Positions 43,654-54,643 of a stretch of DNA of 64,000 nucleotides are shown here, in pieces. The translations under genes and the position numbers were made by a program. The first letter of the stretch is position 1. Each line of letters starts with the position of its first letter. Under the pieces are notes generated by a model. The model saw only the letters and a program-made list of their open reading frames with translations, made no database searches and was not told where the DNA came from. The stretch lies in the NCBI GenBank assembly GCA_021413905.1, contig JAIOPO010000001.1, positions 73,159-137,158 on the forward strand, in the 5' to 3' direction. The DNA comes from Candidatus Nomurabacteria bacterium. GTDB lineage: Bacteria; Patescibacteriota; Minisyncoccia; Phycocordibacterales; UBA9973.

Positions 43654-44649
43654 ATGCTAAATCCAAATTTAAAATTAAATACAAAAATTTTCAATGCTGA
43701 TGTTGAGCAAGTTCCAATTCGTAAAGGTTTCGGACAAGGTTTGGTAATTGCCGGTGAAGAAAATAAAAATGTCGTTGCTCTGTGCGCTGATTTAACAGAA
43801 TCTACACAAATGAATTCTTTTAAAGAAAAATTTCCAGAACGCTTTATCGAAATAGGTGTTGCTGAACAAAATCTAGCTACAGTATCGAGTGGTATGTCTG
43901 CAATGGGTAAAATACCATTTATGACTTCTTATGCAATGTTTTCTCCTGGAAGAAATTGGGAACAAATACGCACAACGATTTGTTACAATGATCGTCCTGT
44001 AAAAATAATTGGCAATCATTCCGGAGTTTCTGTCGGTCCTGATGGAGGTACACACCAAGCGATAGAAGACGTCGCTATTATGCGAGTGATACCAAATATA
44101 GAAGTCATTGTGCCTTGTGATGCAATAGAATCAAAAAAGGCGACTGTAGCAATAGCAAAAACAAAAATTCCAGCTTATTTGCGTTTGGCTCGTGAAAAAA
44201 CTCCAATAATAACAACAGAAGAAACTCCTTTTGAGATAGGCAAAGCGCAGATTTTTTGGATGCCGGAAGTGGGTATTGCTCAAGTCGGCATTGTTGTGAT
44301 GGGAGGTTTGACTTACAATGCAATGCTTGTTGCAAAAGAATTAGAAACTGAAGGAATAAAAACAAAAGTTTTAAATTTGTCCACTATTAAACCGATAGAT
44401 GTTAATGCTATTGTTTCGCTTGCAAAAGAAACAAAAGCAATAGTGACAGTGGAAGAACATCAAATAGCCGGAGGAATGGGTAGTGCTGTCGCGGAAGTTC
44501 TCGCACAAAATTTCCCTGTACCTATGGAATTCGTAGGAGTGCAAGATAAATTTGGTCAATCCGGTACTCCAGAAGAATTGATTGAACATTATGGTATGGG
44601 TAAAGAATCTATTAAAAAAGCCGTGCGAGATATTTTAAAGAGAAAATAA
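43654..44649 (+). CDS. Transketolase C-terminal subunit
   Basis: EIGVAEQN, GPDGGTHQAIED, VEEH. Confidence 0.94.
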   Translation: MLNPNLKLNTKIFNADVEQVPIRKGFGQGLVIAGEENKNVVALCADLTESTQMNSFKEKFPERFIEIGVAEQNLATVSSGMSAMGKIPFMTSYAMFSPGRNWEQIRTTICYNDRPVKIIGNHSGVSVGPDGGTHQAIEDVAIMRVIPNIEVIVPCDAIESKKATVAIAKTKIPAYLRLAREKTPIITTEETPFEIGKAQIFWMPEVGIAQVGIVVMGGLTYNAMLVAKELETEGIKTKVLNLSTIKPIDVNAIVSLAKETKAIVTVEEHQIAGGMGSAVAEVLAQNFPVPMEFVGVQDKFGQSGTPEELIEHYGMGKESIKKAVRDILKRK

Positions 44650-44651
44650 AA

Positions 44652-44897
44652 TTATTTATTATTATTTTTCAGTTGATTTTCTAAATTTTCCAGCTTAATT
44701 TTCAAAATATCATATTTGTCAGGATAAAGTAATTTCTCCGTGCTAGTCATTTTACTCATTTCTGCTTTTGTATCTGCGTATTGTTTTCTTATTTCTTCGA
44801 CTTTTTCTTCATCTGGTCTTTTGAACCCTATTCGTGACATGTATTCACTTTTATTACCATTTTTTGGAGTTTCGTCTGGTTTAAATCCTATTGTCAT
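44652..44897 (-). CDS. Small hypothetical protein with two IGFK motifs
   Basis: MTIGFKPDE...SRIGFKRPDE followed by a coiled coil. Confidence 0.6.
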   Translation of the reverse strand: MTIGFKPDETPKNGNKSEYMSRIGFKRPDEEKVEEIRKQYADTKAEMSKMTSTEKLLYPDKYDILKIKLENLENQLKNNNK

Positions 44898-44901
44898 ATA
44901 T

Positions 44902-45909
44902 TTAATTTATGTTACTTGTAATATAATCTTTTGGAGCTTTTTGCAAGTATTCTTCAAGTTTTACTCTTGATAAAAGTCCTGCTTGAGCTCCTACATATTG
45001 TACCACAGACATTGAATTTATAGGTCCCCATGCGAGAGCTTCGGGGATAGTTTTGCCGAGTGCTATCGCCACAGTAAAGGTAGAAGAAAAAGCATCTCCG
45101 GCGCCAGTACGTTCTATTGGAGGAGCTATGTCAGGATACATTGGCATGAAATAAATATCTGTGCCGTTAGATGCATATGCACCACTTGGTCCGTCAGATA
45201 TCGCTACTATTTTTGGTCCTAAATCATGAATGCCTTTTATTAGTGTTTTTATATCTTTAGTTTGAATATTTAAAATTCTTTCAGCTTCTTCTACATTACA
45301 AAAGAAAATTTCTGTGTGAGCATAAATGTCACGAAGTTTTTCTGTACCGATTTTCATTTGAAATGTGCCTGGTTGAAAAGCAAGCTTAGTTTCCGGATGA
45401 TTTTTCAAATATTCTGCAATTTCTAAATGATAAGGTAATGAATTTTCAGCTAAAGAACTTAAATAAATCCATCCAACTTCTGGTAAATTGTCAGGAAGTT
45501 TGTAATCAAATTCTGTATGTTTAATTAAAATAGTCCTTTCTACTCCATACCAAAGAACATAATGATAATTTGTCTTTTGATTGTTTTCTATTTTTACAAA
45601 ATCAGTGATGATATTTTCTTTTTTTAAAGTTTCTATGCAATCCATTCCATTTTTGTCTTCGCCTGTATTTGTTAAAAGGGCTGAACGAAGACCTAAACGA
45701 GAAGCCGATACAGAAGCATTTGGGCTATTACCCACAGCATTGCAAATTTTTACAGATTCATAAGGAACTTTGTCGCCAAAGCGTAAACAAAGCTCGGAAC
45801 TTTCTGCATCATCTAAACCTTTATGCACATGCGCATCTTTTAATTTTATAAAAGCATCTATAACAATATCCCCAATTGCCAAGAAATCTATTTTGTCATT
45901 TTTATCCAT
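44902..45909 (-). CDS. PfkB family carbohydrate kinase
   Basis: GNSPNASVSASRLG, ERTGAGDAF. Confidence 0.92.
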   Translation of the reverse strand: MDKNDKIDFLAIGDIVIDAFIKLKDAHVHKGLDDAESSELCLRFGDKVPYESVKICNAVGNSPNASVSASRLGLRSALLTNTGEDKNGMDCIETLKKENIITDFVKIENNQKTNYHYVLWYGVERTILIKHTEFDYKLPDNLPEVGWIYLSSLAENSLPYHLEIAEYLKNHPETKLAFQPGTFQMKIGTEKLRDIYAHTEIFFCNVEEAERILNIQTKDIKTLIKGIHDLGPKIVAISDGPSGAYASNGTDIYFMPMYPDIAPPIERTGAGDAFSSTFTVAIALGKTIPEALAWGPINSMSVVQYVGAQAGLLSRVKLEEYLQKAPKDYITSNIN

Positions 45910-45956
45910 ATGATATTATTATAACATATCATTTAATATTTTAAACAAGCTTAATT

Positions 45957-47399
45957 ATGCATAAAAAGATAATTTTGTTTTTCTTTAGTATTGTGTTTTT
46001 CTCCAGTTTTAATTTTGTTTTTGCAAGTCCGACTATAAATGAAATCATGTATGATTTAGACGGTTCTGATGTTGATTGGATAGAAATTTATAATCCTGAT
46101 CAAGCAGATTTGGATTTAACAAGTTTAAAATTATTAATTAATAACTCTACTTCAAATCATAGTATAAATAATTCATCAGGTTCTGCTATCTTACATAAAG
46201 GGGATTATGGTGTAATTGTCGCAAGTTCTTCGTTGTCTAATTATCAAAATAAATGGGGAACTACAGGTAATGTATTTACAAGTAGTTTTAGTTTGAACAA
46301 TGATTCTGGAAAAATTGAAATAAATAATGGTGATAAAACTAATCCTTTGTCTTCTGTTTCATATGATTCTACTCAGGGTGCCGGTGGTGATGGTAATTCT
46401 TTGCAATTAATTTCTGGATCATGGACTGCGACTGCACCGACTCCAAATGTAAATAATACAAATTCTTCTTTAAATTCTAATCAAAATAATAATGATAATA
46501 ATACAAATAATACTTCTTTAAATTCAAATAATAATTCTAATACAAAAACACCTGTAATATTACCAATTAAAACAAAAATAAAAACTAATTCAATTGCTTT
46601 TGTTGGTATGGCAAATATTTTTGAGATGAATGCTAGTGGTCATTCAGGTGAAGACTTACATTATGGTAAATATTTCTGGAATTTTGGTGATGGTGATTCA
46701 AAAGAAGTTAATTTGATTGATGCAAATAAATTTACACATACTTATTTTTATCCAGGTGAATATAATGTAACTTTGGGATATTATCAAAATTTTTATTCTG
46801 ATATACCGGATGCGCTTGATAAATTTACGATAAAAGTTATTCCAGTAGGAATAATAATATCTTCTGTCGGCAATGACAAAGATTTTTTCATAGAATTAAA
46901 AAATAATTCAGATTATGATACTGATATTTCGAAATGGGTTTTATTTGGTGATAATAAAAATTTTATTTTACCAAAAGGCACCATTTTAAATGCTGGTGAT
47001 ACTATGATATTATCACCAAAATTGACTCATTTTAATTTGAATGACAAGAATTTTTTAATTTTAAAAAATTCTGATTATCAAGATGTTTTTTATTATTCAA
47101 AAAATACAAAAATAAAATCTGAAAATAAGATTTCTGGTTTAGTATCTAAAAAACAAATTGCAAAAAACAATATTTCTTATGAAGATATGAATAATAATAA
47201 AATTTCATTATCAGTACCGATTCTTTCATTAAATAATTCAGCAAAAAACACAAGTGATGTTTCCGATAATGATAAAGATTTATTTTTTTATTTAGGTTTT
47301 GTTACTTTTTTAGGGCTTATGTCTGGTATCGTTTATTTTGTTCGAAAGAATAGATTTTTTTCAAAAAAAGAAGAAGATTTTAAAATTCTAGATGAATGA
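45957..47399 (+). CDS. Surface protein with lamin-tail (LTD) and PKD domains
   Basis: Signal peptide, INEIMYD...DWIEIYN, Asn-rich linker, YFWNFGDG...HTYFYPGEYNVTL, C-terminal TM. Confidence 0.85.
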   Translation: MHKKIILFFFSIVFFSSFNFVFASPTINEIMYDLDGSDVDWIEIYNPDQADLDLTSLKLLINNSTSNHSINNSSGSAILHKGDYGVIVASSSLSNYQNKWGTTGNVFTSSFSLNNDSGKIEINNGDKTNPLSSVSYDSTQGAGGDGNSLQLISGSWTATAPTPNVNNTNSSLNSNQNNNDNNTNNTSLNSNNNSNTKTPVILPIKTKIKTNSIAFVGMANIFEMNASGHSGEDLHYGKYFWNFGDGDSKEVNLIDANKFTHTYFYPGEYNVTLGYYQNFYSDIPDALDKFTIKVIPVGIIISSVGNDKDFFIELKNNSDYDTDISKWVLFGDNKNFILPKGTILNAGDTMILSPKLTHFNLNDKNFLILKNSDYQDVFYYSKNTKIKSENKISGLVSKKQIAKNNISYEDMNNNKISLSVPILSLNNSAKNTSDVSDNDKDLFFYLGFVTFLGLMSGIVYFVRKNRFFSKKEEDFKILDE

Positions 47400-48625
47400 T
47401 ATATAATATCTTAATGGAAAAGAATATAATTATTGTCGGAGGAGGTTTTGGTGGAATACAGTCAGCTATTTCTCTTGCTAGAAAAAAAATAAAAAATGTA
47501 AAAATAACTTTAATTTCTAATAAAGATTATTTTCAATATTATCCTGGTTTTTATCGTATTGTTACAGGGGCAAGTCCTATTGAAGTCGCAATACCTTTGA
47601 GTGATATTTTACCTAAAGAAGTAAATTTAGTAATTAAATCAGTTAATGATATTAATTTGGTTGAAAAGAAAATTTCTTGCGAAGATAATTATTCTTTTTA
47701 TTATGACACTTTAGTTTTAGCATTGGGTTCTGAAACTACATATTTTAATTTACCAGGCATTGAAGAATTATCTTTTGGTTTTAAATCAGTAGATGAAGCT
47801 TTGAAATTAAAAAAACATTTGGTTTCTTTATTTGAAGATTTTAAAGATTTTGATAAAAATGATTCAACTTCTCATTTTCATTTTATTATTGTTGGTGGAG
47901 GTCCTTCGGGCGTGGAAGTAGCAGGAGATTTGTCATATTTTTTGCCAAAATTGGCAAAAGAATACAAAATAGATCCTTCTTGGATTACAATTGATTTAAT
48001 TGATTCTAATTCTCGTATTTTGCCGACATTGCCGGAAAAAGTTTCAACCAGAATTTTAGCTCGATTAAGAAAATTAGGAATAAATATTTTTTTGAATCGT
48101 ACGATGGAAAAAGAAGAATTAGAACAAGTCTTCATAAAAGGAATGTCTATAAAAGCTAAAACAGTTATTTGGACAGCTGGAACTCAATTAAATAAATTGA
48201 TTCCAAAAATTTCTGGTTTGCAATTTTCTGCTCGCAAGAGAGTCGAGGTTAATGAATATTTGGAAGCAAAAGGAAGTGATAAAATATTTGCAGATGTTTT
48301 TATTGTGGGTGATATAGCCAATACTCCTTATGCTGGACTTGCGCAAACAGCTATACATAATGCAAGATTTGTATCAAAAGTTATTTCAATGCGAAGTAAA
48401 AATAAAAAAATAAAAATTTATAAACCTGAAAAAGTAGCTTTCTCTATTCCTGTTGGTGTGGATTGGGGAGTGTTTTCAATGGGAAATATTAATTTTTATG
48501 GTTTTTTTGCTTACTTTGTTCGCCATGCTATTGATTTCGTATTCTTTTTTCAGGTATTGTCTTTTGTTAAATTCATTGGTTTATTTATAAAAGGTTGGAA
48601 ATATAGAAAAATAAAGTTAAAATAA
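47396..48625 (+). CDS. ndh: Type II NADH dehydrogenase family oxidoreductase
   Basis: IVGGGFGG, LALGS, VGGGPSGVE, WTAG, GD...LAQTA. Confidence 0.85.
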   Translation: MIYNILMEKNIIIVGGGFGGIQSAISLARKKIKNVKITLISNKDYFQYYPGFYRIVTGASPIEVAIPLSDILPKEVNLVIKSVNDINLVEKKISCEDNYSFYYDTLVLALGSETTYFNLPGIEELSFGFKSVDEALKLKKHLVSLFEDFKDFDKNDSTSHFHFIIVGGGPSGVEVAGDLSYFLPKLAKEYKIDPSWITIDLIDSNSRILPTLPEKVSTRILARLRKLGINIFLNRTMEKEELEQVFIKGMSIKAKTVIWTAGTQLNKLIPKISGLQFSARKRVEVNEYLEAKGSDKIFADVFIVGDIANTPYAGLAQTAIHNARFVSKVISMRSKNKKIKIYKPEKVAFSIPVGVDWGVFSMGNINFYGFFAYFVRHAIDFVFFFQVLSFVKFIGLFIKGWKYRKIKLK

Positions 48626-48629
48626 AATT

Positions 48630-48845
48630 ATGTTTAAAAATTTTTTATTAAAAAAAATGCTTCGCACTCAAGGTGTACCAGAAGCTCAAATAGATATGGT
48701 TATCACAATGATGGAAAAAGATCCGGAATTGTTTAAGAAAATAGCTTTAGAAGTGCAAGAAAAAATAAAATCAGGAGTTGATCAACAAACTGCATCTATG
48801 CAGGTAATGCAGAAATATCAAGACCAACTTAAAAAATTGGTTTAA
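48630..48845 (+). CDS. Hypothetical protein
   Basis: 71-aa helical ORF in operon context. Confidence 0.75.
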   Translation: MFKNFLLKKMLRTQGVPEAQIDMVITMMEKDPELFKKIALEVQEKIKSGVDQQTASMQVMQKYQDQLKKLV

Positions 48846-48945
48846 ATTTTGCCTTTTTTAAAATTGTGTGCTATTATGGATTTAATAAATCCCGTCGGGG
48901 TTTTTATTTTTCAACTATTAATTAATTTAAGTATTTAAGAAAATT

Positions 48946-50745
48946 ATGGAAATAAGAAATATTGCAATTATAGCTCACGTGGACCACGGCAAAACAACTT
49001 TGACTGATGCTTTAATGAAACAAAATGGAGCTATTGTGGCCGAAGGTGTATCAATGGATTCCAATGATTTGGAAAAGGAACGCGGTATTACTATTTACTC
49101 AAAAAACACTTCTATATACTATAAAGACACAAAGATAAACATTGTGGATACTCCTGGGCACGCGGATTTCGGTTCTGAAGTAGAACGTGTTTTACGCGCG
49201 ATTGATTCCGTGCTTTTGCTCGTGGATGCGGTGGAAGGCCCAATGCCTCAGACAAGATTCGTTTTGAAAAAGTCACTTGAGCTCGGTTTGAAACCAATCG
49301 TTGTTATCAATAAAATAGACAAACCTGCTTCTGATCCGGCTCGTGTACACGATGAAGTATTGGAACTTTTCTTGGACCTCGGAGCCTCAGATGAACAAGC
49401 GAATTTCGAAGTTATTTATGCTATTGGTAGACAAGGTTTGGCAAAAAAGAATTTGGAAGATGATTCAAAAGATTTGACACCATTACTTGATTTAATTTTA
49501 GAAAAAGTGCCACCGGCTTCAAAAGACGAAGATGGAAAATTAGTCGCGCAAGTTTTCAACCTTGGTTATGACAATTTTATGGGACGTTTGGCTATCGCTC
49601 GTATATATGGCGGTAAAGTAAAAATGGGCAGTCCTCTGATTATTAAAAATGAAAATGGCACACGTCCTGGAAAAATCACAAAACTTTTTGTCTTCGAAGG
49701 AATCAACAGAAAAGAAGTGCAAGAAGCTACTTCAGGAGACATTGTGTTGCTCGCCGGTATTCCTGATATTTATATTGGTGAAACTATTTGTGAAGATGAA
49801 AGTACTCAATCATTGCCAATGATTGCGATTGATGAGCCGACAATCTCTTTGAATTTTTTAGTAAATGATTCTCCTTTTGCCGGTAAAGAAGGCAAGTTCG
49901 TAACATCAAGACAAATAAAAGAAAGACTCGAACGTGAACTTGAAATCAACGTTGGTTTGAAAGTAGATTTTTCTCCTGAACAAGAAGGTTCTGGGCCTAG
50001 TTTTTTTAAAGTATACGGTAGGGGTGAATTGCATATTGCTATACTTTTAGAAAATATGCGTCGCGAAGGTTATGAATTGCAAGTCTCTCAACCTGAAGTA
50101 ATTATTAAAGAAGAAAATGGTCAAAAGACAGAACCATACGAAGAATTAGTTATAGATGTGCCAGATGAATCTTCTGGTGTTGTTATTGAAAAAATAGGAA
50201 AACGTCGAGGTATTATGAAAAACATGATACAAAAAGGAAATCTTGCCAGAATTACTTTTGAATTACCAACTCGCGGACTTTTGGGCTACAGAGGAGAATT
50301 TATTATTGACACAAAAGGTGAGGGAATTATGTCTTCTCGTGTTATTGGTTTCCAAGAGTACGCAGGAGAAATAAAGAAAAGAGAATATGGTTCTATGACA
50401 TCTATGGTTGCTGGTAAAGCCGTGGCTTTCTCACTTGCAAATCTTCAAGAGCGTGGAATTCTTTACATAGAACATGGAACAGAAGTTTATGAAGGTCAAG
50501 TAATAGGTAATGTTTTGAAAGGAGAAGATATGGCTGTGAATCCTACAAAAGGAAAACAATTAACGAACATGAGAGCATCTGGTACAGATGAAGCTTTGTC
50601 TTTAAAACCTGTTTTTGTACTTAGTATTGAACGCGGTTTGGAAACAATGGCAGGTGATGAATATTTAGAAGTTACTCCAAAATCAGTTAGACTTAGAAAA
50701 AAATTTTTAACAGAGCAAGATAGAATCAAAGCAAATAGAAAATAA
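48946..50745 (+). CDS. typA: Translational GTPase TypA/BipA
   Basis: [45 protein letters not shown]. Confidence 0.97.
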   Translation: MEIRNIAIIAHVDHGKTTLTDALMKQNGAIVAEGVSMDSNDLEKERGITIYSKNTSIYYKDTKINIVDTPGHADFGSEVERVLRAIDSVLLLVDAVEGPMPQTRFVLKKSLELGLKPIVVINKIDKPASDPARVHDEVLELFLDLGASDEQANFEVIYAIGRQGLAKKNLEDDSKDLTPLLDLILEKVPPASKDEDGKLVAQVFNLGYDNFMGRLAIARIYGGKVKMGSPLIIKNENGTRPGKITKLFVFEGINRKEVQEATSGDIVLLAGIPDIYIGETICEDESTQSLPMIAIDEPTISLNFLVNDSPFAGKEGKFVTSRQIKERLERELEINVGLKVDFSPEQEGSGPSFFKVYGRGELHIAILLENMRREGYELQVSQPEVIIKEENGQKTEPYEELVIDVPDESSGVVIEKIGKRRGIMKNMIQKGNLARITFELPTRGLLGYRGEFIIDTKGEGIMSSRVIGFQEYAGEIKKREYGSMTSMVAGKAVAFSLANLQERGILYIEHGTEVYEGQVIGNVLKGEDMAVNPTKGKQLTNMRASGTDEALSLKPVFVLSIERGLETMAGDEYLEVTPKSVRLRKKFLTEQDRIKANRK

Positions 50746-50755
50746 AATGTCAGAT

Positions 50756-50783
50756 TTGACATTGAGTTAAAAAAGTGTATAAT
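50756..50783 (+). promoter_or_regulatory. Consensus sigma70 promoter
   Basis: TTGACA-N16-TATAAT. Confidence 0.75.
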
Positions 50784-50816
50784 TAAGTTATAAATTATTA
50801 TTAAAAAATATAAATT

Positions 50817-51845
50817 ATGTCAACAATAACATTTAAACCAAAACAAGTTACAAAAAAAATAACATCTCACCTACAAGATCGTGCTAATGATGTGATAATG
50901 AATCGTTTTGGTCTAACTGTTGACGCTGAAAGAAAGACTCTAGAAGCTATTGGAGAGAAATATGGCATAACTCGTGAACGCGTTCGTCAGATAGAAGAAG
51001 CTGCCTTGAATTTAATAAAAAAATCAAGTGCTTTTAAAGGAGAACAAGCTGTTTTTGAAGAATTAAAACAATTGATTAAATCTATGGGTTCTATCGTGGC
51101 TGAACATGATTTTTTGCCTAGTTTGTCTAAAGATAAAGCTACACAAAATCACATTCATTTTTATTTAGTTTTAAGTGATTTTTTCAAAAAACATCGAGAA
51201 GATAATCATTTTCATACTCGTTGGAGTATTGATGATGAAGTTGCAGTAAAGGTCCATGATTCTTTAAAGAAACTTTATTCTTCACTTAAAGATGAAGACT
51301 TGGTTCCTGAAACAGAAATGATTAAAAAATTTTTTGATCAAATGAAAGATGTGGCTGAAGATTATAAAAATGATGAAGTTGCTAACCGATGGTTGAGTAT
51401 CTCTAAAACAGTATCTAAAAATCCTTTAGGTGAATGGGGTAAAGCTACTTCACCAAATATTCGTACTCGTGGAGTTAAAGATTATGCTTTTTTGGTTATG
51501 CGCAAACACGGCTCTCCAATGCATTTTAAAGAAGTGGCAGATGCTATAACTAAAACTTTTAGTAAAAAGACTCATTATGCTACTTGTCACAATGAACTTA
51601 TAAAAGACTCTCGTTTTGTTTTAGTTGGACGCGGTATTTATGCTTTGGCTGAATGGGGTTATAAAACAGGTATTGCTCGTGATGTCATAAAAGATATTCT
51701 GAAAGCAGAAGGCCCTTTAAGCAAAGAAGATGTTGTAGATAGAGTTATGAAAGAAAGATATTTCAAGAAGAATACTATTTTAGTTAATCTACAAAATTCT
51801 AAATTCTTTAAAAAGAATAAAAATGGTTTATACGACTTAGTTTAG
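50817..51845 (+). CDS. Sigma70 region-4 HTH fused to HARE-HTH/RNAP delta-like domains
   Basis: RFGL...KTLEAIGEKYGITRERVRQIE; PMHFKEVADAI...HNELIKDSRFVLVGRGIYALAEW. Confidence 0.8.
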   Translation: MSTITFKPKQVTKKITSHLQDRANDVIMNRFGLTVDAERKTLEAIGEKYGITRERVRQIEEAALNLIKKSSAFKGEQAVFEELKQLIKSMGSIVAEHDFLPSLSKDKATQNHIHFYLVLSDFFKKHREDNHFHTRWSIDDEVAVKVHDSLKKLYSSLKDEDLVPETEMIKKFFDQMKDVAEDYKNDEVANRWLSISKTVSKNPLGEWGKATSPNIRTRGVKDYAFLVMRKHGSPMHFKEVADAITKTFSKKTHYATCHNELIKDSRFVLVGRGIYALAEWGYKTGIARDVIKDILKAEGPLSKEDVVDRVMKERYFKKNTILVNLQNSKFFKKNKNGLYDLV

Positions 51846-51900
51846 AGTATCCCCATTAATTCGTTTTGATTAAAATCATTTATGTATTAAAATATACTTA

Positions 51901-53193
51901 ATGATTCATTCAGTCTTATATTTATTGTCGCAGGCGGTTATGTTTTTGTGGCCATTTGTGGTCTTGTTTTATCTTGGCAAATTCGCAAGAAGTTTGTGGT
52001 TGCATTATGTTCAACAAGATTTTATATCTGGTATAGAATGGGTAATACTTGAAATAATTCCTCCTCGTGAAGTGGAACGTTCTCCGAAAGCTATGGAATT
52101 ATTTTTCACAAATGCTTTGTATCATTTTAGTAATAAAGGTGGTTTGGAAGCATGGTGGGTGGGAGCTGTGTGGTTTTATTATTCTTTAGAAATAGTGTCT
52201 ATTGAAGGCACTGTGCATTTTTATATTCGTGTTCCTTCTCGCTTAAAAGAATTTGTTGAAACTAATATGTATGCTCAGTATCCACAAGCTCAAATAAAAG
52301 TAGTCGATGATTATACTTTAGCGGTGGATGAAATATCAGATAAAAGTAGTTGGAATTTATGGGGTTGTGAATTTGCTTTGGAAAAACCAGAAGCTTATCC
52401 TATTAAAACTTATACTGATTTTGGTTTGGATAAAGATCCAAAAGAAGAATTTAAAGTAGATCCTATTTCTCCTGTTGTTGAACTTTTTGCTTCTGTGGCT
52501 AAAGGTGAACAAATGTGGGTACAAATAGTAGTGAGACCTTCTAAAAAAGAATTTCACGGAAAAGGTGAAGTACATGATTGGGTTAAAGAATCTCAAGATG
52601 AACTCGAAAGACTTTTTGAAAAATACGGTCGTATGAATGTAATTGAAGGAGAAGAAAAATTACAAAAAGTTCGTCCTCCTTTTACAATGGAGCCTATAAT
52701 GAGAGGTATCAATGAAAAGACAATGAAGCTCGGTTTTGATACTGGTATTAGAGTTTGTTATGTTGCTAAAAAAGAAGCATGGAGCATGAATAGCCGACGT
52801 AATATACGTATGATTTTTCGTCAGTATGCTAAACCAAATTCAAATAGTCTGGTTCGTGTTAATTCAACACAGGCTGATGCTTTGGGTGGGCCATTGTTTC
52901 CGGGTTGGTTTCCTTTGTCAACTAAGAATGTTCAAATATTGGCTAATAGAATGTTGATGGAATATAGAGAAAGATCTTTTTTCTATCATCCTTTAAGACA
53001 AAAGATTTTACATCATTTGCCTTGGCCTTTTTCTCCTTATTTAATGCCAGCTTATTTTCATTCAAGTTATTTCGTTTTAAATGTAGAAGAACTTGCGACC
53101 TTATGGCATTTTCCTGGTCAAATACTTAAAGTACCAACATTTGAACGTATTGAATCAAAAGAGGCTGCTCCACCTACTAATTTGCCAGTATAG
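51901..53193 (+). CDS. Conserved CPR membrane-anchored hypothetical protein
   Basis: N-terminal TM; ILEIIPPREVERSPKAME, YAQYP, LNVEELATLWHFP, PPTNLP, similar to the N-terminal region of CPR VirB4/DUF87-like proteins (from memory). Confidence 0.65.
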   Translation: MIHSVLYLLSQAVMFLWPFVVLFYLGKFARSLWLHYVQQDFISGIEWVILEIIPPREVERSPKAMELFFTNALYHFSNKGGLEAWWVGAVWFYYSLEIVSIEGTVHFYIRVPSRLKEFVETNMYAQYPQAQIKVVDDYTLAVDEISDKSSWNLWGCEFALEKPEAYPIKTYTDFGLDKDPKEEFKVDPISPVVELFASVAKGEQMWVQIVVRPSKKEFHGKGEVHDWVKESQDELERLFEKYGRMNVIEGEEKLQKVRPPFTMEPIMRGINEKTMKLGFDTGIRVCYVAKKEAWSMNSRRNIRMIFRQYAKPNSNSLVRVNSTQADALGGPLFPGWFPLSTKNVQILANRMLMEYRERSFFYHPLRQKILHHLPWPFSPYLMPAYFHSSYFVLNVEELATLWHFPGQILKVPTFERIESKEAAPPTNLPV

Positions 53194-53199
53194 TATTTT

Positions 53200-54090
53200 A
53201 TGGAAAATAAAATTACAATTAAATTATATTTAGTAATTTTATTTTGTTTTTTATCTGTTTTATTTTTGTATTATTTTTTTATAAGTGCTCCAGAAAAATT
53301 TCCTGTAAATAATATTTATAATATAGAAACAGGTGTAAGTTTACGACATATTTCAAAAGATTTAAGAGATTTGAATATTATAAGATCAAGATTTTTATTT
53401 GAATCTTTTACGATACTTTATGGAGGAGAAAAACATCTTGCTGAAGGTGATTATCTTTTTGATAAAAAAATATCTGTTATTGAAGTAGCTAGACGTATTA
53501 CATATAAAGAGAGACATTTGGCTCCGATAAAAATAACTATTCCTGAAGGATTTAATAATGAGGATATATCAACTTATATTTTTTTAAAGTTGTCTAAATT
53601 TAATAAAGATAAATTTATTTTATTATCAAAAGAAAAACAAGGATATTTGTTTCCTGATACATATTTTTTCTTCAGTGCTTCTAATGAAAATGATGTTTTA
53701 AAAGCTATGAGTGACAATTTTAATAAAAAGATAAATCCAATTTTATCTGAAATTAAAGATTCTGGAAAAAGTGAAAAAGATATTATTGTTATGGCATCTT
53801 TAATAGAACGTGAAGCAAAAGGTGATGAAGATAGAGCAATAATTTCAGGTATTTTATGGAATAGAATTGCAAAAAAGATGTCTTTGCAGGTAGATGCATA
53901 TCCTGAAACTTATAATAAAAAAGGTTTACCGGAAAACCCTATTTGTAATCCTGGTTTGAAAGCTATTAAATCCGCAATTCATCCTCAGAATTCAAATTAC
54001 TTATATTATTTACATGATAAAAATGGTATAGTGCATTATGCTGTAACTTTTACGGAACATAAAAATAATATAAAAAAGTATTTAAAATAA
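53200..54090 (+). CDS. mltG: Endolytic transglycosylase MltG
   Basis: TIPEG, GYLFPDTY, MASLIERE, GLPENPICNPG. Confidence 0.93.
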   Translation: MENKITIKLYLVILFCFLSVLFLYYFFISAPEKFPVNNIYNIETGVSLRHISKDLRDLNIIRSRFLFESFTILYGGEKHLAEGDYLFDKKISVIEVARRITYKERHLAPIKITIPEGFNNEDISTYIFLKLSKFNKDKFILLSKEKQGYLFPDTYFFFSASNENDVLKAMSDNFNKKINPILSEIKDSGKSEKDIIVMASLIEREAKGDEDRAIISGILWNRIAKKMSLQVDAYPETYNKKGLPENPICNPGLKAIKSAIHPQNSNYLYYLHDKNGIVHYAVTFTEHKNNIKKYLK

Positions 54091-54106
54091 AAAATATTAG
54101 AATGAT

Positions 54107-54634
54107 ATGAAAAAACACAATTTAGCATTTATAGATATAGAAGCTACAGGTCTCAATGTGACAATACATGAGATTATTGAGATTGGTTGTGTTATTACTA
54201 CGCCAGATTTTGAAGTTATTGAAGAATTTGAATTGAAAATAAAGCCGGAAAATATAGAAAATGCAGATAAAATTTCTTTGAAAGTAAATGGTTATAAATC
54301 TGAAAATTGGATAGATGCTATTTCTTTAAAAGATGCGATGAGAATTTTTGCTGAAAAAGTAAACGGTTGTATTATGGTCGGTCAAAATGTTTCTTTCGAT
54401 AATGCTTTTATTGAATACAATTTAATTAAAACAAATATAACAAATACTTTGCATTATCATAAGTTGGATACTATATCTATTGCTTGGGCGAAACTTCATC
54501 GCGATCCTGACTTGGAGCATTTTTCTTTGCGTGAAATGTGTTTGCGTTTTGGTATAAAAAATGAAAATGCGCATACTGCTCTATCTGACGCCCGCGCCAC
54601 ATTTGAGCTTTACAAAAAGCTTATGGCACTGTAA
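54107..54634 (+). CDS. DEDDh 3'-5' exonuclease (DnaQ-like)
   Basis: FIDIEATG, QNVSFD, AHTALSDA. Confidence 0.9.
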   Translation: MKKHNLAFIDIEATGLNVTIHEIIEIGCVITTPDFEVIEEFELKIKPENIENADKISLKVNGYKSENWIDAISLKDAMRIFAEKVNGCIMVGQNVSFDNAFIEYNLIKTNITNTLHYHKLDTISIAWAKLHRDPDLEHFSLREMCLRFGIKNENAHTALSDARATFELYKKLMAL

Positions 54635-54643
54635 ATTAAAATT

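Noticed and set aside
46450-46545. Asn-rich imperfect repeat (AATACAAAT...TCTTTAAATTC) in the LTD protein
   Set aside because: Ordinary low-complexity linker of a surface protein
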